The translations under genes were made by a program, and so were the position numbers. From NCBI RefSeq assembly GCF_003918875.1, contig NW_025767446.1, forward strand, positions 310,001 through 374,000: DNA of 64,000 bases, in the 5' to 3' direction. The DNA comes from Haliotis rubra. Taxonomy: Eukaryota. How positions within the stretch are numbered: position 1 is the stretch's first letter; each line of letters begins with the position of its first letter. Of the stretch, positions 14,231-28,455 are shown one piece after another. The notes below the pieces were generated by a model, which saw only the letters and a list, made by a program, of their open reading frames with translations, ran no database searches and had not been told where the DNA came from.

Positions 14231-17142
14231 GGACTGTTAATCCCAATCCGCTTGTAGCCAATTAAAGTGCAGGCTAAAAAGAAAATACACCTTAAAAATG
14301 ATGAATCAAATAATTATCTTGATCTGAATCTGGCAGTCGATTCTGTCAGATCGTACACAGTCGGCTTCAGCTCGGATTTAATCATTTGAACGTGGAAAAA
14401 GTAAATAGACACATTTCTAACAACCCTGAATGCGCTTGTGGATACCACAATGAAGACTCTGTTCATTATATTTTTTTATATGAATGAGCTTCACACATTG
14501 TACATTGTTGAGAATCGAACCCGGCCGTGGCGAACGAACGCCTCAACCACAGGGATACCCCACCGCTCTACATTTGGGGAAGTGTTTCAGCTTTCCCCAT
14601 ATTGTTTCTGAGGAATGATGTGTTTCTTTTTGCGCGTCGTGTGGGACAGTGTACTCTATTAATAACATATAGCAGAGACAGTGATATCTGGATTCATACA
14701 CAATCTGTTCTGTCCTTTTTAAACGACCAGTAACAGATGACAAGAAGAACATCAGCCCTCCCGTCTCTAAGGCAGCGTGATGATTTCAACCCAGAACTAC
14801 TTCATCATGCCTTTGCCTCTCGCATGAGTGTCTCAAACACAGAATAAGTCGGAGTGATATCTGATACTGCATTGTAAACAGGCTCGGCCCTCACAAACCA
14901 CAAGACGTCACGGAACAGTAAGAAAGCTGACCTGTCCAGTAATAGACATATCTGGTCTAGACCTTTGCGTCACTGATGAAGTGGGGGCTCACTCTACAAT
15001 AAACAACAATTAGTTTTATCGCCATTACGCTCCAAAAGAGGCTTGCCGGAACAGACATGGAACTCGAGCAGCCGTGATAGTTAGCGTTACGTTCTTATTT
15101 CGTAATGATAACGATCTGGATTAAGGGTATTTATCAGCTTCTACTTAGTGTTTGCATTGGCTGTAATATACTGATGTGCTGTTTGTCGGTTTCCTGTAGT
15201 TTCTGGGTCCGGTTTCATCAAGCGATGTCAGCTTACCATTGTCGAAACTTCTATACGTCAATCCAGACTTACTGGTGTCTTCGCGCATTTCTGTTTTCTG
15301 GAGCTGTGGGTAGTACTCAATGTTGCAATGTTGTAAACGTTGTATTTTCAACATTGTATTCAATCGTTGTTACAAAACACTGCCGGACACTTACAAAACA
15401 CTGTTTGGTCAAGGTTCGATTTCATACAAGTTACCGGCATCTGGCTTTAGAGACCACTACGTGCGACGTTTATATACACACACGCACACACAGACCTGTG
15501 AAATTCACACACACTCACACACACAATTGCACTTCCAGTCACACCCACACTACTACACAAACACACACACAAGAACCTGCCCGCGCGCGCACACACACAC
15601 GCACACAAACACACACATTCCACTTCCTCCATATCCAAATGCTGTACTGAGTGTGACACACTATAACTTGAATAATTTATCATGATTCCAGCAAGACACC
15701 AGCATGACTGCTGAGTCTGATGTATCGGCTAAGGTAAGTGTGAAACGTTGTTGGCAACACCTCACCACGTCACAACAGTCATTAAACCTGCACCAGAACA
15801 TGTATGTCTGACATTCACTGATGTGGAACAGAAGAAACTGCATGATGATGATCATTCATTATTTCCGGTTGGAATCAAGTTCAATTACTTTTAATGGACG
15901 TTTCGATGTTGGCATTGCAAGCTTCATTGTAACTGTTATGGTACAATGTCTTTCATTGATTGCAGGATTGTTCTCTCTCTCTCTAGATCTCTAGATCTCA
16001 ACCTTCGTGTCTCTCACATTATCAATATGTTCCAAGATTGAAAAATGTGCCCCAAACCATCTTTCAGTTTCTTGTTTTCACACCTCGATTTAACGTCTTA
16101 ATCAAAACTAAACCTCCAGTCACCGATGTTTTTCCGAACGTGGTCACTGTGTGAGAATTTGTTCCGCAGATCGATAGCAATAGCAGAGTCTAGGAACTTT
16201 CGTAAAACTGGACTCTTCCGTTAAATCACGTTTTCTATAACGACGGAAAATAATGTGGTTGTTACATTTGTTTCTGGAGAAAACCTTCACACGCTTAGGT
16301 GTTAATCCTATTAAACAGCTGATTATTATATTTTCAGGTGTCTTTAAAAAGTCCATGACACAGGTCAGACTAATCAATTCACAGCGTTTCCATAGAAAGT
16401 CAAAGAAATATCTGCCTTAAAGATCCAGACTGTATGGATATTGAACCAGAATACCAGAGTGAGCTGCCTATTTATTAACTTTATTCACGTTGAGAAAGCA
16501 TAATGTTGAAAGAAATTCCGAAAGGTCAAAAGTCGTTGCCCAAGAACAAAATATCTTGCTGAGTGACCAGATATAACAATCAGAGCTAATCTTCGATTAG
16601 AACCATGATCCGCAGATCCTGCCGCTCCTAAGGGGTGCAGATCATTTGGACGTAAATTAAATGATACTGACAAACTCTTAAATGGTCTTCAGATACCAGA
16701 ATTTATCTTACCTCCATGTAAAATACTTTACTTTCATTAGTCAATGACGGTTTAACAAGTTTCCGTGTCACACCCCCAGGAAAAGCTGAAGCGCTAACAA
16801 TCGTATGACGTCATAATATGACGCATGCAGTGCCCGGAGTTCGAAAACCGTTCGATCAGCTGTTTTTGTGTTCACTTTGTACAGATTTATTTTACCGACT
16901 TTCACTGCTTTATTTAAGTTATTTTATACATTGAGTGGTTTGCACACTCAGCTTAAACACAATTAACATTTTTTATAGCAGTTTTATGCTTGTCAGAAAA
17001 TGTTTCACTGATGTTAAAAATCCAGTCGAGAGGCAGATGCAATTTGGTTTGCATGTCATATAATCTGTAGCGACCTTTAAAAGATGATATTTTGTACATT
17101 TAACATGGCGGTAAGATAAATACGTTGTATGCTTCTCCCTCG

Positions 17143-17243
17143 GGTAATACGGTCTGATGTACGCCTCTTTGTAGCAGTGCCATCCCTCGTCTACCGGCTC
17201 GGTTGACACTCCTACAAAGAGGCGTACATCAGACCGTATTACC
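17143..17243. repeat. Perfect 32-bp inverted repeat (MITE-like hairpin)
   Basis: ggtaatacggtctgatgtacgcctctttgtag (17143-17174) and its exact reverse complement (17212-17243) enclose a 37-nt loop. Confidence 0.9.
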
Positions 17244-17574
17244 TTCGAGAGACTTATAATGTAAACACAGTAGCATTACGTTTAGCCACCCTTCTAAATA
17301 AGATGGGTTATGAAGCATCTCTACACCTGCACCCGACTGTGGCGCGTTGTACACGAGGCAGAAGTCGGGCGTTCTGTCGTCATACATTTGATGAATGAGG
17401 GGCATTTGTAAGGCACTGAACTCATAAAACATATAGCCCCTGACATAAGACAAATTGGATTTGAGTCTGGAGCTGTAGTGTCCACATAGCTGAGCCCGTT
17501 TGTGAATATGATGTCAGCATAATGGCTGGCACTAGATGAACTAACACTGGCTCAGTGGCTGATGCGAGCTTAAC

Positions 17575-18335
17575 AGTGGATACTAAGTGTTCGATACTGA
17601 CTACATAGCCCATACTGACTCTGCAGCTGATACTGATTAGCAGCTAAACTTAGCTGATACTCATTTAGTTTTAGATATTGACCAAGTAGCTGATACTGAC
17701 TAAATAGTTTACTGACGTAGTAGCCGATACTGGTTGGAAGCGAATAGAGACTATGTAGCTGATACTTACATAGTATCAAATATTGACCAAGTAGCTGATA
17801 CTGACTACATAGTTGTTACCTAATAATGATAGCTGGAATTAAATATCAGATATTAACTACCTTTCAGATATTTTAGTAACAGGTATTGATTAAGTAGGCG
17901 ATACTAAGTATGTATCAGACATTTAGGTAGTTAATATTATTACCTGATGCTGACAAGGTAGCGGATATCAAAACTAGTGGATGATACTGTATAGGTGGTT
18001 GATACTAGTACTGTGCATGATATATACTAAGTGCCTTCTACAAACTGAATGATACTAAGGCATAATTCGGATTAGGTGCATGATACTGACTAAGTGCATG
18101 ATACTAACTGCATGATACTGACTACGTGCGTAATGCTGGCTAAGATGATACTAAGCATGATACTGACTGGATGATACTGATTTCGTACGTAATACTAGCT
18201 GATATGAAACGAAGCATAATACTGACTGGATGCATGATACTAAGTACTTGTTACTGACTAAGAAGCTGATTTATTGAATACTAGCGACAAAACTAATCAT
18301 AGTTGATACTTCCAAAACTGATACTAAGTACCTGA
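17575..18335. repeat. Degenerate ~18-bp minisatellite (gatactgactaagtagct); shorter paralog at 26075-26450
   Basis: The gatact core recurs at roughly 14-18 bp spacing. Confidence 0.8.
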
Positions 18336-19344
18336 GTACACAGATAGAATATATTATTTCAGATTTAATAAACCTAGGTAAATTTTAATAAGTTGACAAA
18401 TTATAAGAACACGAAAGATTTATATGGAACGGTATACACGGTTTGTGTCCAGGGCATTACTGACAAAACATAATAGTGCCAGTCTCAGCAAAGAACACAA
18501 CATAATTATAGTCACAGTCAGGAAATATATCACATTATGTTCCAAACCTTTGAACAGGAATAAAGACGTGAAACGATAATTTGTACAATATGACAATACA
18601 TGTTAGAAAATGCTTTTAGAACTGGACATTGGTGGATAAGACATTTAATGCTCTTCTCTGTCACATGGAGGGGAATCGGGTGAAGACAAAATGTCAAGGT
18701 CACATTGAATGACATGAATGATAATATTTCTTATCTCCACAACCAAGAGAACTCTAGCTTCTGAAGGACAGCATAAGCCTTCATAGCAGTGACAGGCCGC
18801 CCACCTTACGATTGCTCAACGATTCTATTTGTTCATTGCACACTATTTCGGTCTTGTGGTTGCAGTCCTCGTGGGAAGGGGGACAGAGTGGGAGGGGGCC
18901 GGGGTATAAGGGACATTTATTAATGATACCGACTTGTCGAAATGTATACATGTTTTAGCATTTCAAAAAGAGAATACTTTTCTCTTTAGTTGACACTCGC
19001 ATCAAACGTAAAGCTGTATCCCACCATTCTCATTCAATACCAGACCAGCGTCTGAAGGCGTGTCCAAGCAATCCCTACTTACAGTTACACGATACTGCCC
19101 TGGGTTTGCTCACTGTTTATCTAACGTCAATGGTATTTTCGAAGCAAATCGAACGAGAACTAACAGACGCCTGTATCCGTCACCCCCACATTATTCTCAG
19201 ACTAACGTACCCAAACTCACATACATATGTACACATAATATATCAAATTCATCAACCCTCTCGAAACGGCCAGGGCACGGTGCCCCAAGCTACATTCCTA
19301 TATCAAACAGTCAGACAGTAACTTGCAGCTTAGCTGTGAGTAAC

Positions 19345-19655
19345 TACCCCCGTGATCTAGTGAAAGGAATGTATGCCTGAGAGCTGAAGATCTGGAGTTC
19401 GATCCCGTGTTGTGTTGTACTTAGACACTATGAAATATGGTTCCCTTTGTTACCCTGCCTGGCGCCCATTAAGGGAATAAAGCAAGGAGTGATCAGTTCC
19501 AAACAAGAACTCTTCAGCTGGGAATCGTTTCTACTTCGAGTTTTCATGTTAAACATATCGGTAGCCTTGCACTAAAAAACAAGCATTAGACCTGACAAGT
19601 ACAAGTTATATCAGTGCAATAATCTTGAAGGCGACGTTGAACCTCGTTTCACTTA
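19345..19655 (+). mobile_element. Old tRNA-headed SINE of a third family (paralog ~27940-28180)
   Basis: A B-box-like gagttcgatccc is followed by a central block (aaatatggtt...ccctgcctggcgc) and a tail ending ggcgacgttgaacc. Confidence 0.5.
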
Positions 19656-20789
19656 GCCTTAGCAGTGATTTAGCCTGGTTGTCATGTGGACATCAGTCGG
19701 ATTACCATCCACAATTCTATGGCAGTTTCATGCCATAAAGAAGGAACGTGATTGGGCTTTTTTGACAGTTGCTCGTAAAAGTAAATTAAATATTGATTAT
19801 TAGTTTTTAAAATTTACGGTAAGATGACAACCTTATAATAATATCGGAGCGCACACCGTCACCAAGATCTTTATTTAATGAAATATCTCTTCCGATTTCC
19901 GAAATATGAAAGTATTATTCATGTTACGAAAAACATGTTTGATATTGCGTAGCTGTGACCTCCCAACCTTCGTGGGCATTACTAGGGAATTCTAAGTGAA
20001 TTCTTCTTCTTCTTTTTAACGTGTTTTACAATAATTGTCCATGGACTCCAACACCTGTGAAATAAATCAATATTTGAAACAACGGGCATATATCTTCAGC
20101 TATTATTGATCCACATGTGATTCTAGGAAAGGATAAGTACCTTGTATACTATGCCTCTTGTGATCAATGTCCGGCCAAAAGACAGTGAAGTCTTGAAAAT
20201 TGGACCTTCTGCATAATCAAGATTGTTGTGCGTATCAGCGACAGGATCAAGAAAGTGATCCACATGATCAAGGTGGTGGTATCTACGTACCTACGTGATC
20301 AGGAGGGCGGTTGAATGCAGAGGTTTTTGCGGAGCAAACTTGATGTATGTCCGAAGCACTGTGTTACTGCAATACTCCTATCAAATACATCACACTCGCA
20401 AACCCATTGAAGTCCATGGTCCGATGCGATGAGCTGTGTGCCGACATTTCATCACTGCTTTTATTCATGATCAAGAGGATCGTATCATCGACATGAGCAA
20501 GAAGGTGGTTCCGTATCATCGACATGAGCTAGAAGGTGGTACCGTATCATTCACATGATCAAGATCGTGGTATCATAATATCGATCGTGGTACTGTACCA
20601 TGTTCGTTGCTATAACCAATGATTTTATGTTATATTACCATTGTACTTTCATTTTAATTACCGCTTAATGCACCGCTTTGTTTTTCTTTGCAGTAATTTC
20701 TATTAATATGTAAATCTTATTACTTTCAGAATACAACTGGTAATTTCTTTGTTGTAAATGGGTTTCACACATAATTCGTTTACGTGCAG

Positions 20790-21920
20790 ATTTTTCTTTC
20801 TTTTTTTTCTTTTTTTTTGTAATTTAAATTTTATTGCTGAATCCCTGTTACAGTCAAAACTAAGCAGCCAGGGGACAGCTCAGTCCGAAGACATACAGTA
20901 ATTTAATGAGATACAGGTGGAAATGTTTCCGAAACAAGACAATCCATTCACTCACCATTCACACAAATACAAGATCATTTTTAATTATCAAACATATTAA
21001 GAATATATTTAATCCAGTCGTCTTTGAATAAGAAATGATATAAGAGCCATTTAGAATAAAATTCGGCGTTACAGCTTTTGTTAAAGAAAATACATTTTTC
21101 AATACTATATCTCAATCTCAACTCACTTCTGAACTGAGCAATATTTGGTAAAACAGAATCCAGCTTGCATTTGTACAAGTAATATGTTCCCAATCATATG
21201 AACAAGTCAAAAACAGTCAGTAAAAAAAAATTTCTTACAGCCAAAACTTATCAGTTCCATAGATGTGGTCACAACCGTTAACTATGATAAAAAATTTGAC
21301 CAAAAGGTTTGCACATTCCCATAACAAGTGACAAATAGGTTCCTTTTCTTCATTACAGAATGAACATAAGTCCCAATCTTTTATTTTAATGTTTTAAAGA
21401 AATGTGTTGGTAGTTAAAATTCTATGGAGTATCCTGTGCTGAAACCATCTCAATTTGGTGTCTTGTGTTGATTTAAACGATTTTAGGAAAATACAGTTCC
21501 AGTCAAGACCACACTGAAAATCTTCTTGCCACTTTTACTGTGCTCTTGGTGTCCTATATGAAGAACAAAGGATATTGTTATAGGCTTTTGAGCCTTTATT
21601 AGTTGAAAGTAACAACCTAGTAATTGGTGTATTTCCTGCACATTGCCCAGTGTTCTTTTTCACAAATGACAAGCCAGCAAAATATTTTCTCATAGAGCCA
21701 ATGACACCATAGTATTCTGAAAAAGATACATTCAATTGATACCTTTCATTAAAATCAACCAGAGACAAATAACTGCCATTTCCATCAACAAGATCACAAA
21801 TTTTAGAGATACCCCTTTGAAACCACCCTTCATAAATAATAATGTTTTGATCAATATCAATATTGCTATTATAAAATATATGATCAGAAACGTGCAGATT
21901 TCTGGTTAACTTATTGATTC
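20790..21920 (-). mobile_element. L1/Tx1-clade LINE 3' fragment with poly(A) tail
   Basis: Reads WFQRGISKICDLVD, DTKLRWFQHRILHRILTTN, CSFCNEEKEPICHL (zf-RVT-like) and YYLYKCKL. AATAAA and an A-rich tail lie at 20790-20835 on the minus strand. Confidence 0.9.
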
Positions 21921-22070
21921 AGCTTGGAAATGAACACGTAACAACTTTTATTTGGAAAAAGAAGAATATGTGTATTAGATCATGGCGCTTTTAGCAATAT
22001 TCCAGCATTATCAAGATGGGGACACCAGAATGGGCTTCATACATTGTACCCATGTTGTGAATCGAACCCG

Positions 22071-22117
22071 GAATGAATGAATGAATGAATGAATGAATGA
22101 ATGAATGAATGAATGAA
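22071..22117. repeat. (GAAT)n microsatellite next to a SINE family 1 fragment (21983-22070)
   Basis: About 11 tandem gaat units. Confidence 0.95.
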
Positions 22118-22339
22118 TTTCCTCCAGAATCTACATCCGAAGATTTGCAATATCCCTGATGTTACTCAGAGCAAATACATGATGTTAATATATATATATG
22201 AATATAAATATGAGTTCTAGTGACACAAGCTGTATAAGTAAATAGTCGATATCACACATGTACACAAATGACAGCTATTGCTGCTCAGCAGATGAAAGAG
22301 AGGATGGTCTAATACATTTTTCAGATGAAGTACATATTT

Positions 22340-22650
22340 ACAGAAAAATAATTATATACTTTCCCAAGTTTTCTGGCTGACAATTCCAGCTACTGTTTGA
22401 GCCGAATCCCAAAATAGTGCAAGCACCCCTTTTTTATCCAAACGTTCAATTTGAACATAACTGTCAGCATCCAGTTTGTCAATGAAGGTGGAGAAGAACT
22501 CATTTCGTTCAGTTATATAATACTCGCAGCGTGAAAGTTCATGTCTGTCATAATCAAAAGCATGTCTGCCACATTTGGAACATTCTCGAGATGGAATTGG
22601 TCTGGAAGCTACCTTAAGAGAGTATTGGATGCAATATCTAAGATCATTGA
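22340..22650 (-). mobile_element. LINE ORF2 C-terminal zinc-knuckle fragment
   Basis: RECSKCGRHAFDYDRHELSRCEYYITERNEFF has the CxxC...H....C...R spacing typical of LINE C-termini. Confidence 0.55.
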
Positions 22651-23511
22651 AGAAGTATTTCAGCTTTTCACATATTGTTTTTGAGGAATAATGTGTTTCT
22701 TTAAGTTCGTCGTGTGGGACAGTGTACTCTTTTAATAACATATAGCAGAGACAGTGATATCTGGATTCATACACAATCCGCTCTATCCATTTTAAACGAC
22801 CAGTAACAGATGACAAGAAGAACATCAGCCCTCCCGTCTCTAAGGCAGCGTGATGATTTCAACCCAGAACTACTTCATCATGCCTTTGCCTCTCGCATGA
22901 GTGTCTCAAAACATAATAAGTCGGAGTGATATCTGATACTGCATTGTAAACAGGCTCGGCCCTCACAAACCACAAGACGTCACGGAACAGTAAGAAAGCT
23001 GACCTGTCCAGTAATAGACATATCTGGTCTAGACCTTTGCGTCACTGATGAAGTGGGGGCTCACTCTACTATAAACAACAATTAGTTTTATCGCCATTAC
23101 GCTCCAAAAGAGACTTGTCGGAACAGACATGGAACTCGAGCAGCCGTGATAGTTAGCGTTAAGTTCTTATTTCGTAATGATAACGAGTTGGATTAAGGGT
23201 ATTTATAAGCTTCTACTTAGTGTTTGCATTGGCTGTAATATACTGATGTGCTGTTTGTCGGTTTCCTGTAGTTTCAGGGTCCAGTTCCTTATCAGCTTAC
23301 CATTGTCGAAACTTCTATACGTCAATACAGACTTACTATCTTATTTGCGCATTTCTGTTTTCTGGAGCTGTGGGTAGTACTCAATGCTGTAATTTTTTAA
23401 ACGTTGTATTTTCAACATTGTATTCAATCGTTGTTACAAACACTGGTGGGCAAAAGACGATATATACTTGAAATGCATTTTCACCAAACATTATGAAGGC
23501 CGTAAACACTC

Positions 23512-23913
23512 GTGGGCAAAAGACCCGTCGAAGCCATCAAAATGAAATCAGTCGAATCGTCACCAGCGGCGGCGGCATGTCGCGATAAAACAGAGAAAAC
23601 ATTACCGGACCGGGTCAGCGTTAGGTACTTGTACCAGCAGGGCGAATACGAGGGAGACAGCAGAAAACGCGCCACCGATCCGATATGGTCCATGAAAATG
23701 TACAACGTAGACCTTGTCGACATCAAAGACGGCAAACCGAACTTGTACTACTTGAAAGACGGACCACCGAGAGCATTCGTCAGAGAGGAGTTGATGATCG
23801 TGCCTCACGACACAGTCCCTTACACATCACCCACCGTGTGGGCAAAAGACGCTATATACTTTAAAATGGATTTAACTAAACATAATAAAGGCTGTAAACA
23901 CTGCACACTTTAG
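23512..23913 (+). mobile_element. Polinton/Maverick-type integrase C-terminal fragment (similarity about 23512-23815)
   Basis: GKRPVEAIK...VRYLYQQGEYEG...RATDPIWS...YYLKDGPPRAFVREELMIVP matches, from recall, the C-terminus of integrases of invertebrate Polinton-like elements. It is GC-richer than its flanks, stop-free and lacks the DDE core. Confidence 0.75.
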
Positions 23914-26529
23914 AACAAAGTGATTAAAAGATTAAATCAGCATAGCTAATAATACCAATCACCAGATTGTTTGGTCAAGATTCTATTTCATACAAGTTAC
24001 GGGCATTTGGCTTGAGAGACTAGTAAGTGCGACGTTTATATACACACAGGCAAAAACACACAGACCTATACAAATTCACACACACATACACTCTCACTTG
24101 CAGCCACACCCACACATCTATCCAAGTGCTGTATTGACAGTGACATACAAAAACATGTATAATTTATCATGATTCCAGCAAGACATGAGATCTCGCATGA
24201 CTGCTGAGTCTTATCTATCGTTGTCACACACACACAAACAAGCACGCACATATGCACGTACGTACGCATGCACACACGGACACGTACACAACACACAGAC
24301 AACAAATATGCAAACACAGAGACACAGCCAGAGGGATATAAGCAAACTCGCAAACACACACACTCGTTCAAACACACACGCAAATACATGAACTTTTTGA
24401 AAAAATCTATCTAATCTTGTCGTTCGTCACTGAAACCAATGCAGATCCGTGTGAGGATTAGTCGTCAGCAAATCGGTGACTAGGTTAATCTGGTCCAGAC
24501 TCGATTATTCATATTTTGCCATCATATACAGAAAAAAGCAACTCTACTGGAAATTATACGGTCATTGGGTGTCAGTCTGAATTTGATTCGATGCCAACCT
24601 TCTGGAGGTTTCTATCCTTTGACGGTTTGTTAAACTATATAGGGCATTTTATATCACTATATTAATCAGATCGTGAGAGGCAGGGTACATATGTAACCTA
24701 GTGCATGAAGTGTTCGTCTAGTCACAAGCTGTTTTTCGATTCACAACATTCATACAATCAGAGAGGCTCATCTCTGTTGCCCATTAACATATGAGAATTA
24801 TGCTGAAAGCTTGATAAAACATCATTCACTCACTCACTAATTCATTCACACATGCACGCACTCACGCACGCACGCACTCACTCACATAGCCATGCACTTA
24901 CGTCTAGTCTCATGCGCAGAGTTCGATATACACAGTCGAATACATCAACATTATCTGATAAACTGAAACTCGAATCAGCCATGTGGAATGTTCAATGCAC
25001 CATTGCAGGCAGAGACACGTGGTGCCTGCTTCATTCAACCTTTGTGCCTCTTGCAATATCAATATTTTCCAAGATTGAAAAATGCGCCCCCAAGCCATCT
25101 TTCAGTTTCTTGTTTTCACACCTCGATTTAACGTCTTAATCAAAACTAAACCTCCATCCACCGATGTTTTTACGAACGTGGTCAATGTGTGAGACTTTGT
25201 TTCTACAGATCGATGGCAATAGCAGAGTCTAGGAACTTTCGTCAAACTGGATTCTTCCGTTAATCAAGTTTTCCATAACGCCTGAAAAATAATGTTGTTG
25301 TTGCATTTGTTTAATTATATAATATTCCATGGAGAAAACCATCGCACGCTTAGGTGTTAATCCTATTAAACAGCTGATTATTTTTTTTTTTCCGCTGACG
25401 TTTAAAAGTCCATGACTCAGGTCAGACTAATCAATGCACAGCGTTTCCATTGAAAGACAAAGAAATCTCTGCCTTAAAGATCCCGACTGTAAGGATATAC
25501 CAGAATAACAGAGTGAGCTGCCTATTTATTAACTTTATTCACGTTGAGAAAGCATAATATTTAAAGAAATTCCGAAAGATCAAAATTCGTTGACCACGAA
25601 CAAAATATCTTGCTGAGTGACCAGATATCACAATCAGAGCTAATCTTCGATTAGAACCATGATCCGCAGAGCCTGCCGCTTCTAAGGGGTGCAAATCATT
25701 GGGACGTAAAATAAATGATACTGACAAACTCTTAAATGGCCTTCATATACAAGAATATGTACATACAGTAGCATTACGTTGAACCACTCTTCTGTATGAG
25801 ACAGGTTGTGAATTATCTCTACACCTGCGCCCGACTGTGGCGCGTTGTACACGAGGCGGGAGTCGGGCGTTCTGTCGTCATACATTTGATGAATGAGAGG
25901 AATCTGTAACGCACTGAACTCATAAAACATGTAGCCCCTGACATAAGACAAATTGGATTTGAGTCTGGAGCTGTAGTGTCCACATAGCTGCGCCCGTTTG
26001 TGAATATGATATCAGCATAACGGCTGGCACTAGATGAACTCACACTGGCTCAGTGCTGATACGAGCTTAACAGTGGATACTAAGTGTTCGATACTTACTA
26101 AATAGCCCATACTGACTCGGCAGCTGATACTGATTAGCAGCTAATACTTAGAACTAAGCTGATACTCATTTAGTTTTAGATATTGACCAAGTAGCTGATA
26201 TGGACTAAATAGTTTACTGACGTAGTAGTTGATACTGGTTGGAAGCGAATAGAGACTATGTAGCTTATACTTACATAGTATCAAATATTGACCAAGTAAC
26301 TGATACTGACTAAAGGTATGATACTAAGTACATGATACTGACTTAGTGACTTATACTGGCTAAATAGCTGATATATTCATAGTATATACTATACTAGCAA
26401 CATAACTGATTCTAGCTTGGGAGTAGAACTGATACTAAGTAACTGAGTACAGAGATAGGATTTGGAAATGGCTACAGATTTGATCATCCTCGATGAATTT
26501 TGATTACTTGACGACTTTTCAGAATAGGA

Positions 26530-26700
26530 GTGAGTGAGTGCGTGAGTATGGTTTTACGCCGCTTTTTAGCAATATTCCAGCAATATCACGGCGGGGGACA
26601 CCAGAAATGGGCTTCACACATTGTACCCATGTGGGGAATCGAACCTGAGTCTTCGGCGTGACGAGCGAACGCTTTAACCACTAGGCTACCCCACCGCCCC
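26530..26700 (-). mobile_element. SINE family 1, young full-length copy with TSD
   Basis: Intact A and B boxes; TSD tcagaatagga at 26519-26529 and 26703-26713; absent from duplication copy 1. Confidence 0.95.
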
Positions 26701-28455
26701 CATCAGAATAGGAAAGGGTCATATGGAACAGTATGCATGCTGTTTATATCCGGGGGATTACTGGCAATACACAATGCTACCAGTTTCACAAAACAACACA
26801 ACAGAATTATAGACACAGTCAGGAAATATATCATATTAGCTTCACAACCTTTGCATATGGTTGAAGACGAGAAAGGATAATTTGTACATTGACATCACAT
26901 GTAAGAAAATACTTATAGAATTGGACATTGGTGGATAAAGTTAAGACATTCGATTCCCTTCTCTGTCACATGGAAGGGAATTGGGTGAAGACAAAAAGTC
27001 GAGATCACTTTTGAGTTGGGCCTAAAACGATTCTTCGATAACATTGCATTTCATAATAAAAGTTCAAATTAGATGGAAGTAGTTTTTGAATTTAATCTGG
27101 ATCTGAATGAGTGGGCGGGGGATTACACCGCTTTCGGCAATATTCAGAAGGATGCATGTTAGGATTCAGAAGTGCGATTTTTCTCTTAACCACATGGGAA
27201 CAGTACTAAGCGCTTTAGTTGGACAAGCAAACGCTTTAACCACTGGGCTACCCAGCACCCAACAGCCGGGTAAGGGTTTGGTCGAGTTTCCGGTAACAAA
27301 GTAGGCGCTATAGCAAACAATATATAATATTCATATTGCGTCATGCTTCTTTCACATGTTCACTCCATGAATGTCAAGGCATTGCAAGAGCAAACGTACG
27401 AAAGGTAAACTATGTCTTATCCCCACAGCCAAGAGAGTTCCAGCGTAAGCCCTCATACAACTAACAAGCCGTACACAGTAAGATTGTTCAACGGTTTAAT
27501 CCAAAGCTTGCTCAGAGCAATGAAATAGACTTGTCGAGATGGAACATGCTTTAGAGATGTTCAGAAAGAAAATACCTTTCTCTTTATATGTCAGTTATCA
27601 CACATGTCAGGCTGTATCTCAGTCCTATCACTCTCATTCAAAAACAAACCAGAGTCTGAAGCCTTGCCTACTTATAAATACATGATACTGGCCTCAGTTT
27701 TCTCACTGCTGATCTAACGTCAATGGTATTTTCTAAACAAATTGAACGAGAACTAACAGACGCCTGTATCCGTCACCCCTACATCACTCACAGACTAACG
27801 TACCCACACCCACATACATATGTACACGAAATATATCAAATGCATCAACCCTCTCGAAACGGCCAGGGCACGGTGCCCCAAGCTACATTCCTATATCAAA
27901 TAGTCAGACAGTAACTTGCAGCTTAGCTGTGAGTAACTACCCCCGTGATCTAGTGAAAGGAATGCATGCCTGAGAGCTGAAGATCTGGAGTTCGATCCCT
28001 TGTCGTGTTGTACTTAGGCACTATGAAATATGGTTCCCTTTGTTACCCTGCCTGGCGCCCTTTAAACTGATAAAGCAAGGAGTGATCAGCTCCAAACAAG
28101 AACTCTTCAGCTGGGAATCGTTTGACGAGTACAAGTTATATCAGTGCAATAATCTTGAATCCAACGTTGAACCTCATTTCACTTAGCCTTAGCAGTGATT
28201 TAGCCTGGTTGTCATGTGGACATCAGTCGGATTTACGTCCACAATTGTATGACAGCTTCATGCTATAAAGAAGGAACGTGATTGGGTTGTTTTGACAGTT
28301 GCTCGTAAAAGTAAATTAAATATTGATTATTAGTTTTTAAACATTTACGGTAAGATGACAACCTTATAATAATATCGGAGCGCACACCGTCACCAAGATC
28401 TTTATTTAATCAAATATCTCTTCCGATTTTCCGAAATATAAAAATATTATTCATG

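Larger units (their letters stand above)
14580..20215. repeat. Segmental duplication, copy 1
   Basis: Colinear direct similarity with 22652-28855, for example 14720-15100 vs 22793-23180, 16030-16700 vs 25060-25755 and 19110-19930 vs 27705-28460. Confidence 0.95.

Noticed and set aside
14805-14995. Minus-strand exon-like frame with in-frame TGA (SEPPLHQ*RKGLDQ...), possible selenoprotein
   Set aside because: It matches no selenoprotein family I recognise, no SECIS was identified, and the paralog has a 2-bp deletion (~22912).
15105-15685. 181-aa and 121-aa ORFs
   Set aside because: They are extended by a CA-rich microsatellite and are broken in the paralog.
15885-15935. Second hammerhead-like GAAACGTC motif
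   Set aside because: No CTGANGA core and no convincing stem II.
17229-17560. Coding-looking frames conserved between duplication copies
   Set aside because: Similarity is explained by the duplication, and I recognise no domain or consistent frame.
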